Of a stretch of DNA of 64,000 bases, positions 37,414 through 47,163 are shown piece after piece. A program made the translations under genes and the position numbers. How positions within the stretch are numbered: position 1 is the first letter of the stretch; the number at the start of each line of letters is the position of its first letter. The notes below the pieces were generated by a model. It did no database searches, was not told the DNA's origin, and saw nothing but the letters and a program-made list of their open reading frames with translations. The stretch comes from an uncultured Candidatus Saccharibacteria bacterium (GTDB taxonomy: Bacteria; Patescibacteriota; CALEFQ01), in assembly GCA_965230955.1 (NCBI GenBank), contig OZ246404.1, positions 225,184 through 289,183 of the forward strand, given 5' to 3'.

Positions 37414-38355
37414 ATGAAGCCAATAAATCCAAACCAAAAAACTGAACCATCCCAATCAGCGCCTGTTCATCCCGAAGTGGACAAGGAAATTGATCGTGAG
37501 ATATTCATGGTGCGCTATGGTTATCAGATTAAAGTGTGGTTTATAATCATCATTTGCGTGGCTCTTGGCGGTTTGGGAGTATATATCGGCTACCGCCTTA
37601 TTGTTCCGCCGCCGGAGTGTGTTTTGGATGAAGATTGTTCGGCCGGTTTCTATTGTCATGAAAAAACATGCGTCGCTATTCCCCAGGAGCACCCGCCCGA
37701 GGATTTGAAAATGGAAGTGACCGGTACTTATGTTTTTCCTTCCACCAGTGGTAAGGCTGATGTTTTGGCGGTTGTCCGTAATCCTAGTTCCAGTTGGGGG
37801 CTCAGGGATTTTAGCTACACTTTCATCATTAGCGATAGTGTCGGACAAGAAGTTGGGCGTTTTGAGGGGCGATCTTATATTTTACCCGGCGAAGAAAAAT
37901 ATCTTATCAAGGTGGGGCAGGCGGTGAGCGGTTCGGCTCAGCGGGTGGAAGTGGAGATTACTCCCCAAACTTGGATCAAATCGCCGGAATTACAGCAGCC
38001 GAACATCGATGTCAAAAATCTGGCTTATTCCGCTAGCGCGCCTTTGGGACAGGCTCGCTTGGATGGCCGGTTGATTAATTCCAGCTCGTATAGTTTCGAG
38101 GAAGTGGAAGTCGCGGCGATTTTGAAGGGATCAGATGACAAACCTATCGGAGTCAATTATACTACCCTGAACGCCCTTTTGGCGGGCGAGGAACGTGATT
38201 TTCGGCTAATTTGGTTTTCTCCGGTCTCGGGAGCCGTTGCATCACAAAGTGTTAAAGTCGAGGCGAACGTTTACGATACCAAAAATTTCCTCAGTCAGAT
38301 GCAGATTGAGCCTCAAAAATTTCAACAATACGACGAGCCCGCCAATAAATTATAA
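37414..38355 (+). CDS. membrane-anchored hypothetical protein
   Basis: TM segment WFIIIICVALGGLGVYIGY. Extracellular CVLDEDCSAGFYCHEKTC motif. Confidence 0.4.
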   Translation: MKPINPNQKTEPSQSAPVHPEVDKEIDREIFMVRYGYQIKVWFIIIICVALGGLGVYIGYRLIVPPPECVLDEDCSAGFYCHEKTCVAIPQEHPPEDLKMEVTGTYVFPSTSGKADVLAVVRNPSSSWGLRDFSYTFIISDSVGQEVGRFEGRSYILPGEEKYLIKVGQAVSGSAQRVEVEITPQTWIKSPELQQPNIDVKNLAYSASAPLGQARLDGRLINSSSYSFEEVEVAAILKGSDDKPIGVNYTTLNALLAGEERDFRLIWFSPVSGAVASQSVKVEANVYDTKNFLSQMQIEPQKFQQYDEPANKL

Positions 38356-38379
38356 GGTCTTCATATTTGATCAGCACTT

Positions 38380-39495
38380 ATGATTTTTCCGCGCTGGCTC
38401 CAAAAAATCGACTGGCAAATCTTGATACCAGTTTTTTTGTTGCTTGCGCTCGGCGTGCTGATGATTTACAGCGCGACTTTGGGAGAAACCGCCGCCGATC
38501 GTAATAATACCTATCGGCAACTTATCTATATTGCTGTGGGCCTAGGTTTTATGCTGGTGATCGGTTTTTTTGATTATCGAATATTCAGGAATTATTCCCG
38601 GTGGTTTTACGCGCTGATGATCATCAGCCTGATCGCCGTTTTGTTTCTCGGAACGCCGATCAGGGGAACGCGCGGCTGGTTTGAATTGGGCATCTTCAAT
38701 TTACAGCCCTCGGAATTGGCCAAGTTTTTTTGCATTATCGCCCTGGCCAAGTATTTTTCTAAAAATGCCGATGAGATGACGAGATTTCGTCACATTTTAC
38801 AATCGGGGCTGATCGTCTTGATCCCGGTGGCGCTGATTATGGTTGAGCCGGATTTCGGATCAGCTATGGTGATAATTCTCATTTGGGTGGGGATGATTTT
38901 GCTGACCCGGGTGCGCTGGTGGCATTTGGGCATGGTTTTTGGAACACTGGCGGGATTGGTGGCAATCGGTTGGCAATTTTTCCTCAGGGACTATCAGAAG
39001 GAGCGCATCAAAGTATTCCTCAATCCGGCACTTGATCCGCTGGGTCGCGGTTATAATGTCACCCAGGCAAAAATTGCGATCGGTTCCGGCAGTTGGTTTG
39101 GCCGAGGACTTGGACACGGCTCGCAGAGCCAGCTTAATTTTTTGCCGGAACAGCATACGGATTTTATTTTTGCGGTGCTGTGCGAAGAGCTGGGTTTTGT
39201 CGGCGGGGCTTTCATGATCGCCTTGTTTGGTTTTTTATTTTTTCGGCTTTTTCGTATCGGCCGGCAGGCGAAAGACCGTTTCGGCATGTTCTTGGTCGGC
39301 GGCGTGACGATTCTTATTTTAGTTCAAGTGCTGATCAATGTGGGTATGAACGTCGGTTTGCTGCCCGTGGCCGGCATTCCTTTGCCTTTCATGAGTTTTG
39401 GCGGCAGTTCAATTATAACTTTATTGCTTTGTGTGGGTCTTGTTCTTTCGGTCAGTTATCGGTCACCGCGGAAGTCAAAACCCGCGATTGGTTAG
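38380..39495 (+). CDS. SEDS-family peptidoglycan glycosyltransferase FtsW/RodA
   Basis: MIFPRWLQKIDWQILIPVFLLLALGVLMIYSAT; 10 TM segments; ...GLLPVAGIPLPFMSFGGSS. Confidence 0.9.
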   Translation: MIFPRWLQKIDWQILIPVFLLLALGVLMIYSATLGETAADRNNTYRQLIYIAVGLGFMLVIGFFDYRIFRNYSRWFYALMIISLIAVLFLGTPIRGTRGWFELGIFNLQPSELAKFFCIIALAKYFSKNADEMTRFRHILQSGLIVLIPVALIMVEPDFGSAMVIILIWVGMILLTRVRWWHLGMVFGTLAGLVAIGWQFFLRDYQKERIKVFLNPALDPLGRGYNVTQAKIAIGSGSWFGRGLGHGSQSQLNFLPEQHTDFIFAVLCEELGFVGGAFMIALFGFLFFRLFRIGRQAKDRFGMFLVGGVTILILVQVLINVGMNVGLLPVAGIPLPFMSFGGSSIITLLLCVGLVLSVSYRSPRKSKPAIG

Positions 39496-39562
39496 CATTT
39501 GTCCACTTGACCTAAAGCCTTTTCGGGTGTATAATTAAAACATTGAAAGCTAATTTATCGTC

Positions 39563-39880
39563 ATGATGCACTTGCCCCAACAAGGAAATGAGGGTGAAGT
39601 AAAGCTCGTTTCGGCTTGTCCGCTTTGTCGTAAGCAATACAAGCTGGAAGATGCTTACATTGTGGATGAGCAACGGGGCGTGTATCTGCTACACACCAAT
39701 TGCCGTAATTGCGGCAGTTCGATTGTGGCGACTTTGGTGGCCGGACGACATGCTGTCAGCTCAATGGGATTGGTTACCGACCTGACCGGGGAAGATGTCC
39801 ACAAATTCAAAGACATGGGCGAGATTAACTGTGATGATGTGATCGATTTTCACGCGCTTCTGCACGGTCTGAAGCCTTAG
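39563..39880 (+). CDS. small zinc-ribbon-like Cys-rich protein
   Basis: CPLCRKQY...NCRNCGSS. Confidence 0.3.
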   Translation: MMHLPQQGNEGEVKLVSACPLCRKQYKLEDAYIVDEQRGVYLLHTNCRNCGSSIVATLVAGRHAVSSMGLVTDLTGEDVHKFKDMGEINCDDVIDFHALLHGLKP

Positions 39881-40029
39881 TTGACATCTATCCACAGCCT
39901 GCTATAATTTCACAAGGTCATTAGGACTTTGTATTTTTTTAATTTTTTGCTTGGATACCAGGTGAAAAAGCAAACCGGCTGAAGCCCGAAACAAGAAGAA
40001 GGGCGCTCGGCGGGTATTTAATAAAGCAT

Positions 40030-40767
40030 ATGAAAACATATTCCTTAGCGGCTACGATGCGAGCCGACACCAAAGAAAAACTACCGGTTTTGCGCCGTTC
40101 GGGCAGAATTCCGGCTATTCTTTATGGGCACGCCATCAAAAATGAGTCGTTGCTAGTTGACCGGGTTGGCTTTGAAAAAGTTTTTCAAGCGGCCGGTACG
40201 AGCAACTTGCTTGATTTGACTATCGATAAAAAACCGGCGCGCCGGGTGCTGATTTCCGATATCCAATACGATCCGGTTACCGATCTGCCGATCCACGTCG
40301 ATTTTTACCAGGTTCGCATGGATGAGGAAATTGAAGCGGAAGTCGATGTCGAATATATCGGAACATCTCCCGCAGTAAAAGAGCAGGGCGGAGTTCTGGT
40401 AAAAAATTTCGATAAAATCAAGGTCAAGTGCTTGCCGGGCGATTTACCTTCGGAAATCAAGATTGATATTTCCAGCTTGAAAACTTTCGATGATGCCGTC
40501 AAAATATCCGATTTGAAATTATCGGACAAGGTCGAGATTCTTCATGACCAGACCCTCGTCTTGACCACCGTTACGCCGCCTCGTACCGAAGAAGAGCTCA
40601 AGCAACTTGAAGAAGAAGTCACGGAAGATGTGGAAGCGGTGGAAGGCGTCAAGAAAGAAGAACCGAAAGAAGGAGCGGAAGAAGAAACTGGTAAAGAAGG
40701 CGCCAAGAAAGAAGAGCCAAAGCCGGCTGCCGAGAAAGAACCCGCCGAGAAAAAAGAGAAAAAATAG
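40030..40767 (+). CDS. rplY: 50S ribosomal protein L25 / general stress protein Ctc with a Lys/Glu-rich C-terminal tail
   Basis: KEKLPVLRRSGRIPAILYGH. Confidence 0.85.
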   Translation: MKTYSLAATMRADTKEKLPVLRRSGRIPAILYGHAIKNESLLVDRVGFEKVFQAAGTSNLLDLTIDKKPARRVLISDIQYDPVTDLPIHVDFYQVRMDEEIEAEVDVEYIGTSPAVKEQGGVLVKNFDKIKVKCLPGDLPSEIKIDISSLKTFDDAVKISDLKLSDKVEILHDQTLVLTTVTPPRTEEELKQLEEEVTEDVEAVEGVKKEEPKEGAEEETGKEGAKKEEPKPAAEKEPAEKKEKK

Positions 40768-40785
40768 TAGAATCATAAAGTATTA

Positions 40786-40817
40786 AAAAGGCTAAGATCC
40801 GCTTCTTAGCCTTTTTA
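40786..40817 (+). terminator. intrinsic terminator after rplY
   Basis: aaaaaggctaagatccgcttcttagccttttt. Confidence 0.6.
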
Positions 40818-40838
40818 TTATTTAGCTTCAATAAATCA

Positions 40839-40866
40839 AAACCGCCCTCTTTATCAGGGCGGTTTT
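40839..40866 (-). terminator. intrinsic terminator for the convergent minus-strand gene
   Basis: Stem aaccgccct/agggcggtt. On the minus strand it is followed by TTTGATTTATT. Confidence 0.5.
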
Positions 40867-40886
40867 GTGACTGTTTCGGCAATCAG

Positions 40887-41180
40887 TTAGTAGTAGTAGG
40901 GGACAGTGGAAACAGCGGCGGTGAAGATTGTCGCGGCGACTATCCACCAGATGACGACCCAGATGATCGGGCCGAGGATGCCGAGGATCAAACAGATCAT
41001 ACCGAATTTCTTGGCATCTTTATCGGGTTTGATGAGATAGATGATGCCGAGGATGATACCAACGATACCAATGATGAAGGACAGGATGTAGAGACCAATG
41101 CGTGCGCCACCTTGGGGGGCGGGTTTCTCCATCGGTTGTTGCTGCATCGGAGGCTGTTGGTAGGGTTGTTGACCGTTCAT
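40887..41180 (-). CDS. DUF4190-like small membrane protein with a Gln/Pro-rich N-terminus
   Basis: MNGQQPYQQPPMQQQP... followed by two TM segments. Confidence 0.5.
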   Translation of the reverse strand: MNGQQPYQQPPMQQQPMEKPAPQGGARIGLYILSFIIGIVGIILGIIYLIKPDKDAKKFGMICLILGILGPIIWVVIWWIVAATIFTAAVSTVPYYY

Positions 41181-41212
41181 AAGTTTTTTTTACTTATTGA
41201 TAAATTATTTAA

Positions 41213-41647
41213 TTAGTAGCTAAGAAGTCCGAAAGGGAGGAAAGAGAAGGCGGTGGTGGCGAGGACAACGACGAAAATAATGACTAGTGCGGAGATCGTC
41301 AGCCCGATGAATGCCAGGACGATGCCGGTGATGGCCATACCTCGGCCGCCGGCATTCGGGTCATCGGTAGCTTTCTTTTTGCCCAAGAAGCCGAAAATCA
41401 GAGCGAGTACTGCGAGAATTATTCCTAAAATGACGGTCCAGCTTAGGAGTAAGGCAAAAATACCAATGATCAAACCGGCTACTGCCATACCGTTAGAACG
41501 CGGTTGCTGAGGGGGGACATAGCCCGGTGGCGGCGGGGTCTGATAATACTGTTGGGGGGGAGGAGGCGCCATCTGAGGAGCCGGAGCGGCCGGTGGTGGC
41601 GTCGGAGGTGTCCCGGTAGAAGGTGGTGCCGGTGGGTTTTGATTCAT
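41213..41647 (-). CDS. DUF4190-like membrane protein with a Pro-rich N-terminus (start trimmed to MNQNPPAPP)
   Basis: Paralogous architecture to the neighbouring gene. TM segments LIIGIFALLLSW... and ITGIVLAFIGL... Confidence 0.5.
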   Translation of the reverse strand: MNQNPPAPPSTGTPPTPPPAAPAPQMAPPPPQQYYQTPPPPGYVPPQQPRSNGMAVAGLIIGIFALLLSWTVILGIILAVLALIFGFLGKKKATDDPNAGGRGMAITGIVLAFIGLTISALVIIFVVVLATTAFSFLPFGLLSY

Positions 41648-41693
41648 ATTAGTTAGTTTTAAGGGAAATGCTCTAAAGCAAATCAAGTTGCAG

Positions 41694-41740
41694 TTGTCCA
41701 CAAGTATTCTCATTGTACCATATTTCTCGATTGTGGACAA
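41694..41740. promoter_or_regulatory. perfect 10-bp inverted repeat TTGTCCACAA-N27-TTGTGGACAA in a divergent intergenic region: candidate operator
   Basis: Read directly. A -10-like TATGATAAT follows at 41757. Confidence 0.3.
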
Positions 41741-41864
41741 ATATTTGGGGTATTGCTATGATAATTTTGCTTTGTAATCAAAAAAACATCTCGACGTTTA
41801 ACAAATAAAGAAGTAACCGCCGGGAAATTGTTTGCCCGGTTAGTTTACTCATATTTTTGCATTT

Positions 41865-43130
41865 ATGACTCCGAAACCTAGTTTTGACATTTCGCCCAAG
41901 AAAAAAACTTTTAATTCGCCTTCGAGTTCGCAATTGAAAACCGAAGAGAATAATAATTTTGCCAACACCATGGATACCTCAGTCAAAAAGTCGCCCGCGC
42001 TGATTATTCCTCAAAAATCCAAAAAACGTTTTTGGAAAGATTGGGATCGGCGCCAGAAAATAGTTTTCATTACCTTGCTGGCGGTTATCGCGGTGGTCGC
42101 GGGTTTGGTCTCTTGGTTTGTTTTTGCTAACCCGGAACAAATAAAACTGCCTGAGGTAAACACACCGACAGCGGAAGAACCCCAGGGCCCTTTGACCCGC
42201 AGTCCTTTGACCGGTTTGGAGATGCCGACGGCGACGGCTGAACAGACCCCGATGGCCTTGGTGATTGAGAATATGTCATCGATTCGTCCGCAATCGGGTT
42301 TGAGTCGGGCCGACGTCGTTTATGAATTTTTAGCGGAGGGCGGCATTACCAGGTTTCTGGCTATTTTCGCTTCCAGCGACGTAACTGAGCCCAATGTTAT
42401 CGGTCCGATTCGCAGTTTGCGGTCCTATATGATCCCGGTGGGCCTGGAGCTCTTGGCGCCGGTTTACCATGTCGGTGGAGCGCCGAATGCTCTGGATCGG
42501 GCGACCGAATGGGGAATGCGCGATGTTAACCAGTTTTTCTCTTCGAAGTATTTCTGGCGCGATAATTCGGTCAACGGCCAGGGCGCGCCTCACAATATGT
42601 GGACGCGGATGCCGGAAGTGAAATACGCCGTCCGTGATCACGGTTGGCCGATGGATGACGGAAAAAATATCGTCCCTTGGAAATTCCGGGATGAAGCTCC
42701 GATCGATCAGCGCGGTACGGTGGATAAAATTATGGTTCAATTTTCCTCCGGCAGTTACAACGTCGAATGGACTTATGATAAAACCAAGAATCGTTATGCT
42801 CGGACGCAAGCCGGCGTGGAACATACTGATCGCAATACCAAAGAACAGTTGACGGCGCGCAATGTCGTCGTGCAGTATTGCGAGATCGATGCCATTTCTG
42901 GTGACGATAAGGGGCGAATCGACGTGAAGAATGACGTGGGCGAGGGAGCGGCCTTGGTCTTTAATGACGGGAAAATGACGGAAGCGACCTGGAAGAAAAA
43001 AGATCGCAACAGTCGGACAATTTTCTACGACAAAGCGACAGGCGAAGAGATGAAATTTATTCCCGGTAATTTCTGGATTGAAGTTCCGCCGGTGGATAAG
43101 AAAACAACCTGGGAAGAAACTGGCAATTAA
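41865..43130 (+). CDS. DUF3048-like (YerB-like) membrane-anchored protein
   Basis: TM segment near aa 65. PMALVIENMSSIRPQSGLSRADVVYEFLAEGGITRF resembles the DUF3048 N-domain (from memory). Confidence 0.4.
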   Translation: MTPKPSFDISPKKKTFNSPSSSQLKTEENNNFANTMDTSVKKSPALIIPQKSKKRFWKDWDRRQKIVFITLLAVIAVVAGLVSWFVFANPEQIKLPEVNTPTAEEPQGPLTRSPLTGLEMPTATAEQTPMALVIENMSSIRPQSGLSRADVVYEFLAEGGITRFLAIFASSDVTEPNVIGPIRSLRSYMIPVGLELLAPVYHVGGAPNALDRATEWGMRDVNQFFSSKYFWRDNSVNGQGAPHNMWTRMPEVKYAVRDHGWPMDDGKNIVPWKFRDEAPIDQRGTVDKIMVQFSSGSYNVEWTYDKTKNRYARTQAGVEHTDRNTKEQLTARNVVVQYCEIDAISGDDKGRIDVKNDVGEGAALVFNDGKMTEATWKKKDRNSRTIFYDKATGEEMKFIPGNFWIEVPPVDKKTTWEETGN

Positions 43131-43204
43131 AGTCAATATAAAACAGGTGCAGCCCGCCGATTCGGCGGGCTGCACCTGTTTTTTGATATTGCGGAATTAG
43201 CTAA

Positions 43205-44074
43205 TTACATCTTTACCACCATCATTCTGTCTTTGCCGGCTAAGTCTTGCTTGATATCGATCGCCGCTTGCGGAAAAAGCGATTGGACGATCGGGCGGAG
43301 CAGATCTTTTTGGTGGGGGGCGATTTCCATCAGGACATCGGAGTCGCTGACTCCGTAATTCTTCAACTGTTGCCAGAAATCCCGGTAAAGCTCCAGGCCC
43401 TGCTCTCCGCCGTCGAGAGCTTCTTTTGGTTCCCAGCGCAGGCCATCATGGTCGGGACGATCTGCTTCATGGTGAGGCTGATTGAAATCCAAGTAGGGAA
43501 GATTGGCGATCACCAGTAAATTTTTCGGGGTCAAGCCGTAACCGGGGTAAAAGAGCGGTTCGAGCAAATGTCCGTGGTAAAAGGTGATGCGGGGTTCAAC
43601 CGCGTGCTTGAGCGCATTCAGGTAAGCGGTGCGCAGTGCCTTGGTGGAAAAGTCGGTGGCGAGATAAGTATGGGTCGGATCTTCTTTGGCCAGTGAAATG
43701 GCGATACAGCCGGACCCTGTGCCGACATCAATCACGTATTTTGGCTGCTCTCCGAAAAGCAGTCGCAGAGCTTCTTCTACCAGCAGTTCGGTCTCTGGTC
43801 GGGGTACCAGGACGGATTCATCAACGTAAAAATCATGTCCCCAGAATTCTCGGCGATTGGTCAGGTAAGACACGGGATAGGATTTTAGCCTTTTGTTTTT
43901 TAGCTGGTTGAGTTGATCTAACTGTGTCGCGCTTAAAGTCGCTTCGGGATGAGCCGGCAAGTATTCGCGGCTTTGCCCGAGCACATGGGCGAGAAGCAAT
44001 TCCGCGTCGAGCTCCGGAGTGGGGGAGCTTTTACTGAGTTCGTAGGTTAATTCGTTGAGTAATTGGCTAAGCAT
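43205..44074 (-). CDS. prmC: release-factor glutamine N5-methyltransferase
   Basis: VIDVGTGSGCIAISLA; NLPY variant of NPPY; downstream of prfA. Confidence 0.75.
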   Translation of the reverse strand: MLSQLLNELTYELSKSSPTPELDAELLLAHVLGQSREYLPAHPEATLSATQLDQLNQLKNKRLKSYPVSYLTNRREFWGHDFYVDESVLVPRPETELLVEEALRLLFGEQPKYVIDVGTGSGCIAISLAKEDPTHTYLATDFSTKALRTAYLNALKHAVEPRITFYHGHLLEPLFYPGYGLTPKNLLVIANLPYLDFNQPHHEADRPDHDGLRWEPKEALDGGEQGLELYRDFWQQLKNYGVSDSDVLMEIAPHQKDLLRPIVQSLFPQAAIDIKQDLAGKDRMMVVKM

Positions 44075-44075
44075 G

Positions 44076-44130
44076 AGAAAAAAGATATTAAGAGTATTAA
44101 GAAAATTAAGATATTAAGAAAAATAGAAGA
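44076..44130. repeat. tandem TATTAAGA-type octamer array between prfA and prmC
   Basis: aaaagatattaagagtattaagaaaattaagatattaagaaaaatag. Confidence 0.5.
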
Positions 44131-45195
44131 TTATTTTCGATTCAACTTTTCTAATTTCTTTTTTTGGTCGGCTTCAGTCAGGGGGAGCACAAGGCGATCA
44201 AGACGGCCGTCCATCACTTCGGGTAAATTGGTTACGGTCAGTTTTATGCGGTGGTCGGTGACGCGGTCTTGGGGAAAATTATAAGTGCGTATTTTTTCAC
44301 TGCGATCGCCGGTGCCGACTTGGGAGCGGCGCAGATCAGATTCTTTTTTGGCGCGTTTTTCGGATTCGTTCTCCGCCAGGCGCGAGCGCAAGACTTTGAA
44401 GGCTTTTTCTTTGTTTTTCAACTGGGAACGTTCATCCTGGCAGATAACGACGGTATTTGTCGGTACATGAGTTATGCGCACGGCCGAATCGGTGGTGTTG
44501 ACGCTTTGTCCGCCGTGTCCGCCGGAACGATAAACGTCAATGCGCAAATCGTTGGGATTGATGACCCAGTCTTGTTCTTCGATTTCCGGCATGACGGCCA
44601 CCGTCACTGTCGAAGTGTGGACCCGGCCGCTTTTCTCTGTTTCGGGCACTCGCTGGACCCGGTGTACTCCGCGTTCATATTTCATTTTAGCAAAAACGTG
44701 ATCGCCCGTCACTTCAAAAATTATTTCCTTGAAGCCGCCGATTCCGGTACGGCTGGAATTGATTAAATTGATGCGCCAGTGCTGATTTTCGGCATATCGG
44801 CTGTAGAGGCGAAAGAGTTCGGCGGCGAAAAGCGCCGCTTCGTCCCCGCCGGCGCCGGCTCGTATTTCGATGATGGCGTCTTTGTTGTCATCGGGGTCTT
44901 TGGGGATCAGAGCCATTTTCAGCTCTTCGTTCAGCCGGTCTTTTTCCTTTTCCAGAGTCGAAGCTTCTTCAGAGGCTTCATTTTTCAAATCCGGATCATT
45001 TAGCAGTTGTTGGGCGCCGGCCAGGTCGAGCTCAACTTGCTCGAGCCGCTTGATTTTTGCGACTGTCTCTTCGAGATCCGATTGTTCTTTGGCCAATTTG
45101 GTCAGTTTGGCGGAATTAGAAGCAACGTCCGGCGTAGCCAGCAATTTGGATATTTCTTCGTAGCGATTTTTGACGGCCTGAAGTTGGGGGAGCAT
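44131..45195 (-). CDS. prfA: peptide chain release factor 1
   Basis: GGQ motif GGHGGQSVNTTDSAVRITHVPT. PET tripeptide (RF1-type PxT). Confidence 0.9.
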   Translation of the reverse strand: MLPQLQAVKNRYEEISKLLATPDVASNSAKLTKLAKEQSDLEETVAKIKRLEQVELDLAGAQQLLNDPDLKNEASEEASTLEKEKDRLNEELKMALIPKDPDDNKDAIIEIRAGAGGDEAALFAAELFRLYSRYAENQHWRINLINSSRTGIGGFKEIIFEVTGDHVFAKMKYERGVHRVQRVPETEKSGRVHTSTVTVAVMPEIEEQDWVINPNDLRIDVYRSGGHGGQSVNTTDSAVRITHVPTNTVVICQDERSQLKNKEKAFKVLRSRLAENESEKRAKKESDLRRSQVGTGDRSEKIRTYNFPQDRVTDHRIKLTVTNLPEVMDGRLDRLVLPLTEADQKKKLEKLNRK

Positions 45196-45320
45196 GAAAT
45201 TTACCTGGGAAATTTTAGGGGCGATATCCTTGATATACCGCGCCGTGATTGGGAGAAGTTTTTTTATCCAATGAAAAATAGCCTACTTAATAATACCATA
45301 AACGAGCAGACGCCGGTAGG

Positions 45321-45602
45321 CTATTTTTCTACAATTTTTGCTATTTTCTGAGCGCGAACCTTTTCCCTCTTGGCGCGGCGGGAGCGGGTGGGACCGGATA
45401 CTTTCTTGGTTAAGCGCGCTTTGAATTTGTCTACGCGGCCGGCGGTATCAACCAGTTTCTTTTTGCCGGTGTAGAGCGGATGGCACGCCGAACACAACTC
45501 CACTTGAATACTGGGGTGAGTGGAGCCGGTCGTGAAAGTATTGCCGCAGGAGCAGGCTACTTTCGCGTCAGAATGGTATTTGGGATGAATCTTGTCTTTC
45601 AT
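45321..45602 (-). CDS. rpmE: 50S ribosomal protein L31 with a basic C-terminal extension (start trimmed to MKDKIHPKY)
   Basis: KIHPKYH...CSCGNTF...[11 protein letters not shown]. Confidence 0.8.
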   Translation of the reverse strand: MKDKIHPKYHSDAKVACSCGNTFTTGSTHPSIQVELCSACHPLYTGKKKLVDTAGRVDKFKARLTKKVSGPTRSRRAKREKVRAQKIAKIVEK

Positions 45603-45689
45603 AAAAAGCATCATAAATGGTTTGAGAAGAGAAGTCAAGGTGAAGAAAAGAAAAAGCCATGAGCGTTTGGGCTCATGGCGGGGAGATAG

Positions 45690-46860
45690 TTACCAATCGA
45701 GGAGCGGTTGATCGATCGACGGCAATTCCATGTTTGATAAATACGGCAGAATGTCGGCGAGAGAAGTTCGATTTATCAGCTCCTTTGGAATACTGTTGGA
45801 AAAGGCGGGAATTCGGCTGATCTCCAGGAGTTCTTGGTCGCAGAGTAGAGCGTAGAGTATGACGGGGGCGATACCTCGTTCATGGGCGAGGTTGGACAGT
45901 AGCTCAAAAGCTCGTTCCATCGCACTCCAGCCTGCGACAAGGCAATAGCTGACCAGCGGATAGGCATCCATCATCAAGGCGCGCAGGCGGTTGAAACGGC
46001 GAGCGGTATCGCTGTCTTCGAAAGAAACATATTTCTTCCGCGCCGATTCTTCTCCCAGGGCTAATCCCCAGTATTTCTGGAGATTCCTTTGATTGGGCAG
46101 AGAATTATCCGAAGTGAAACTTCGCAGGAGCTGGGAGACTTCTTGCCAGTGCTGGTCAAGTTGCTGGCCGAGTTGATCGGAAATCTTGGTCCGCCGGAAC
46201 TTAACGAAAATGTCAAAGATGTCCGCTGAGATGTAGGAAAACTTGTCGGCGTAGAGTACTAGGCGTTCCTCTTGAGACATTTCGGTTCCGCAGGCGAGGG
46301 CGGCTCCGCCGCGGCTGTGACGCAGGATGATTTTAAGCGTCGGCAGAGAAAGATTTAATCCCCCGAATTTTCGTCGTTCAATGAATTGAGCCAGGTAAAC
46401 ACCGAAGACTTCATGCCTGACATTCTGTCCCAGGCGTTTGAAAAATTTTTCGCTGTCATGCCCCAGGGGCAAGTGTCCCAGATCATGGCCGGCAGCGCCG
46501 GCGAGAACCAGCGACTCATTTAGTCCCAAAGCGATGGCCAGGGTTGAAGCCATACCCATTACATCGCAGGTGTGGCTTAGCCGAGTCCGGATATGCGGCG
46601 TCATTTCGAACGAACTCCCGTCCGAGTTCACCGCCCGCGTAATTACCTGGGTTTTGTCTGCCAGTCGGCGATATCCTTTCGATTCCACAATTTTGTGGAA
46701 ATCGGCTTTGTACGGCTCGCCGAAAGCCAACCGCCAGGAATCTTCATCAGCTTCCGGGGGCAGGCGCCGGCGTGCGGTTTGGGGATCATCGGGCGTTGCC
46801 AGATCTTTCAGGCAACCGTACCAATCAGGGCGTTTAATGGTTCCTTTTACAGTATGCATT
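45690..46860 (-). CDS. HD-domain phosphohydrolase, dGTP triphosphohydrolase-like (start trimmed to MHTVKG, preceded by GGAGGA)
   Basis: RLSHTCDVMGMASTLA...AGAAGHDLGHLPLGHDSE. Confidence 0.6.
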
Positions 46861-46920
46861 TCGTTCCTCCTTGGGTTGGCAAAGAACTGTTCTTTGCAGT
46901 CTAGCGCCAAAGGCGGGGAA

Positions 46921-47052
46921 GTCAAGATAAGTCAAAAGTCTTCGGCGAGCTCAGCCGAGCCGTCAAAAGTCAAAAGTGAACAGCGGCGGGCTTGCAATTA
47001 CTGTGGCATTTAGATATACTTACTTTTGACTTTTGACATTTGACTTTTTACT
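46921..47052. repeat. repeat hairpin of AAAAGTC units in the divergent region between the HD gene and rpsB
   Basis: gtcaaaagtcaaaagtgaa ... tacttttgacttttgacatttgactttt. Confidence 0.5.
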
Positions 47053-47163
47053 TAATTTCTCATGCTCTTGATCCAGCCAGACCTGCCTCTCTAAGACCCG
47101 CTCAAGCGGGGCGAAGTGGGGTCCTGGCGGAGTTGATAGGGCAGAGGCTAAAGGACACAACTT

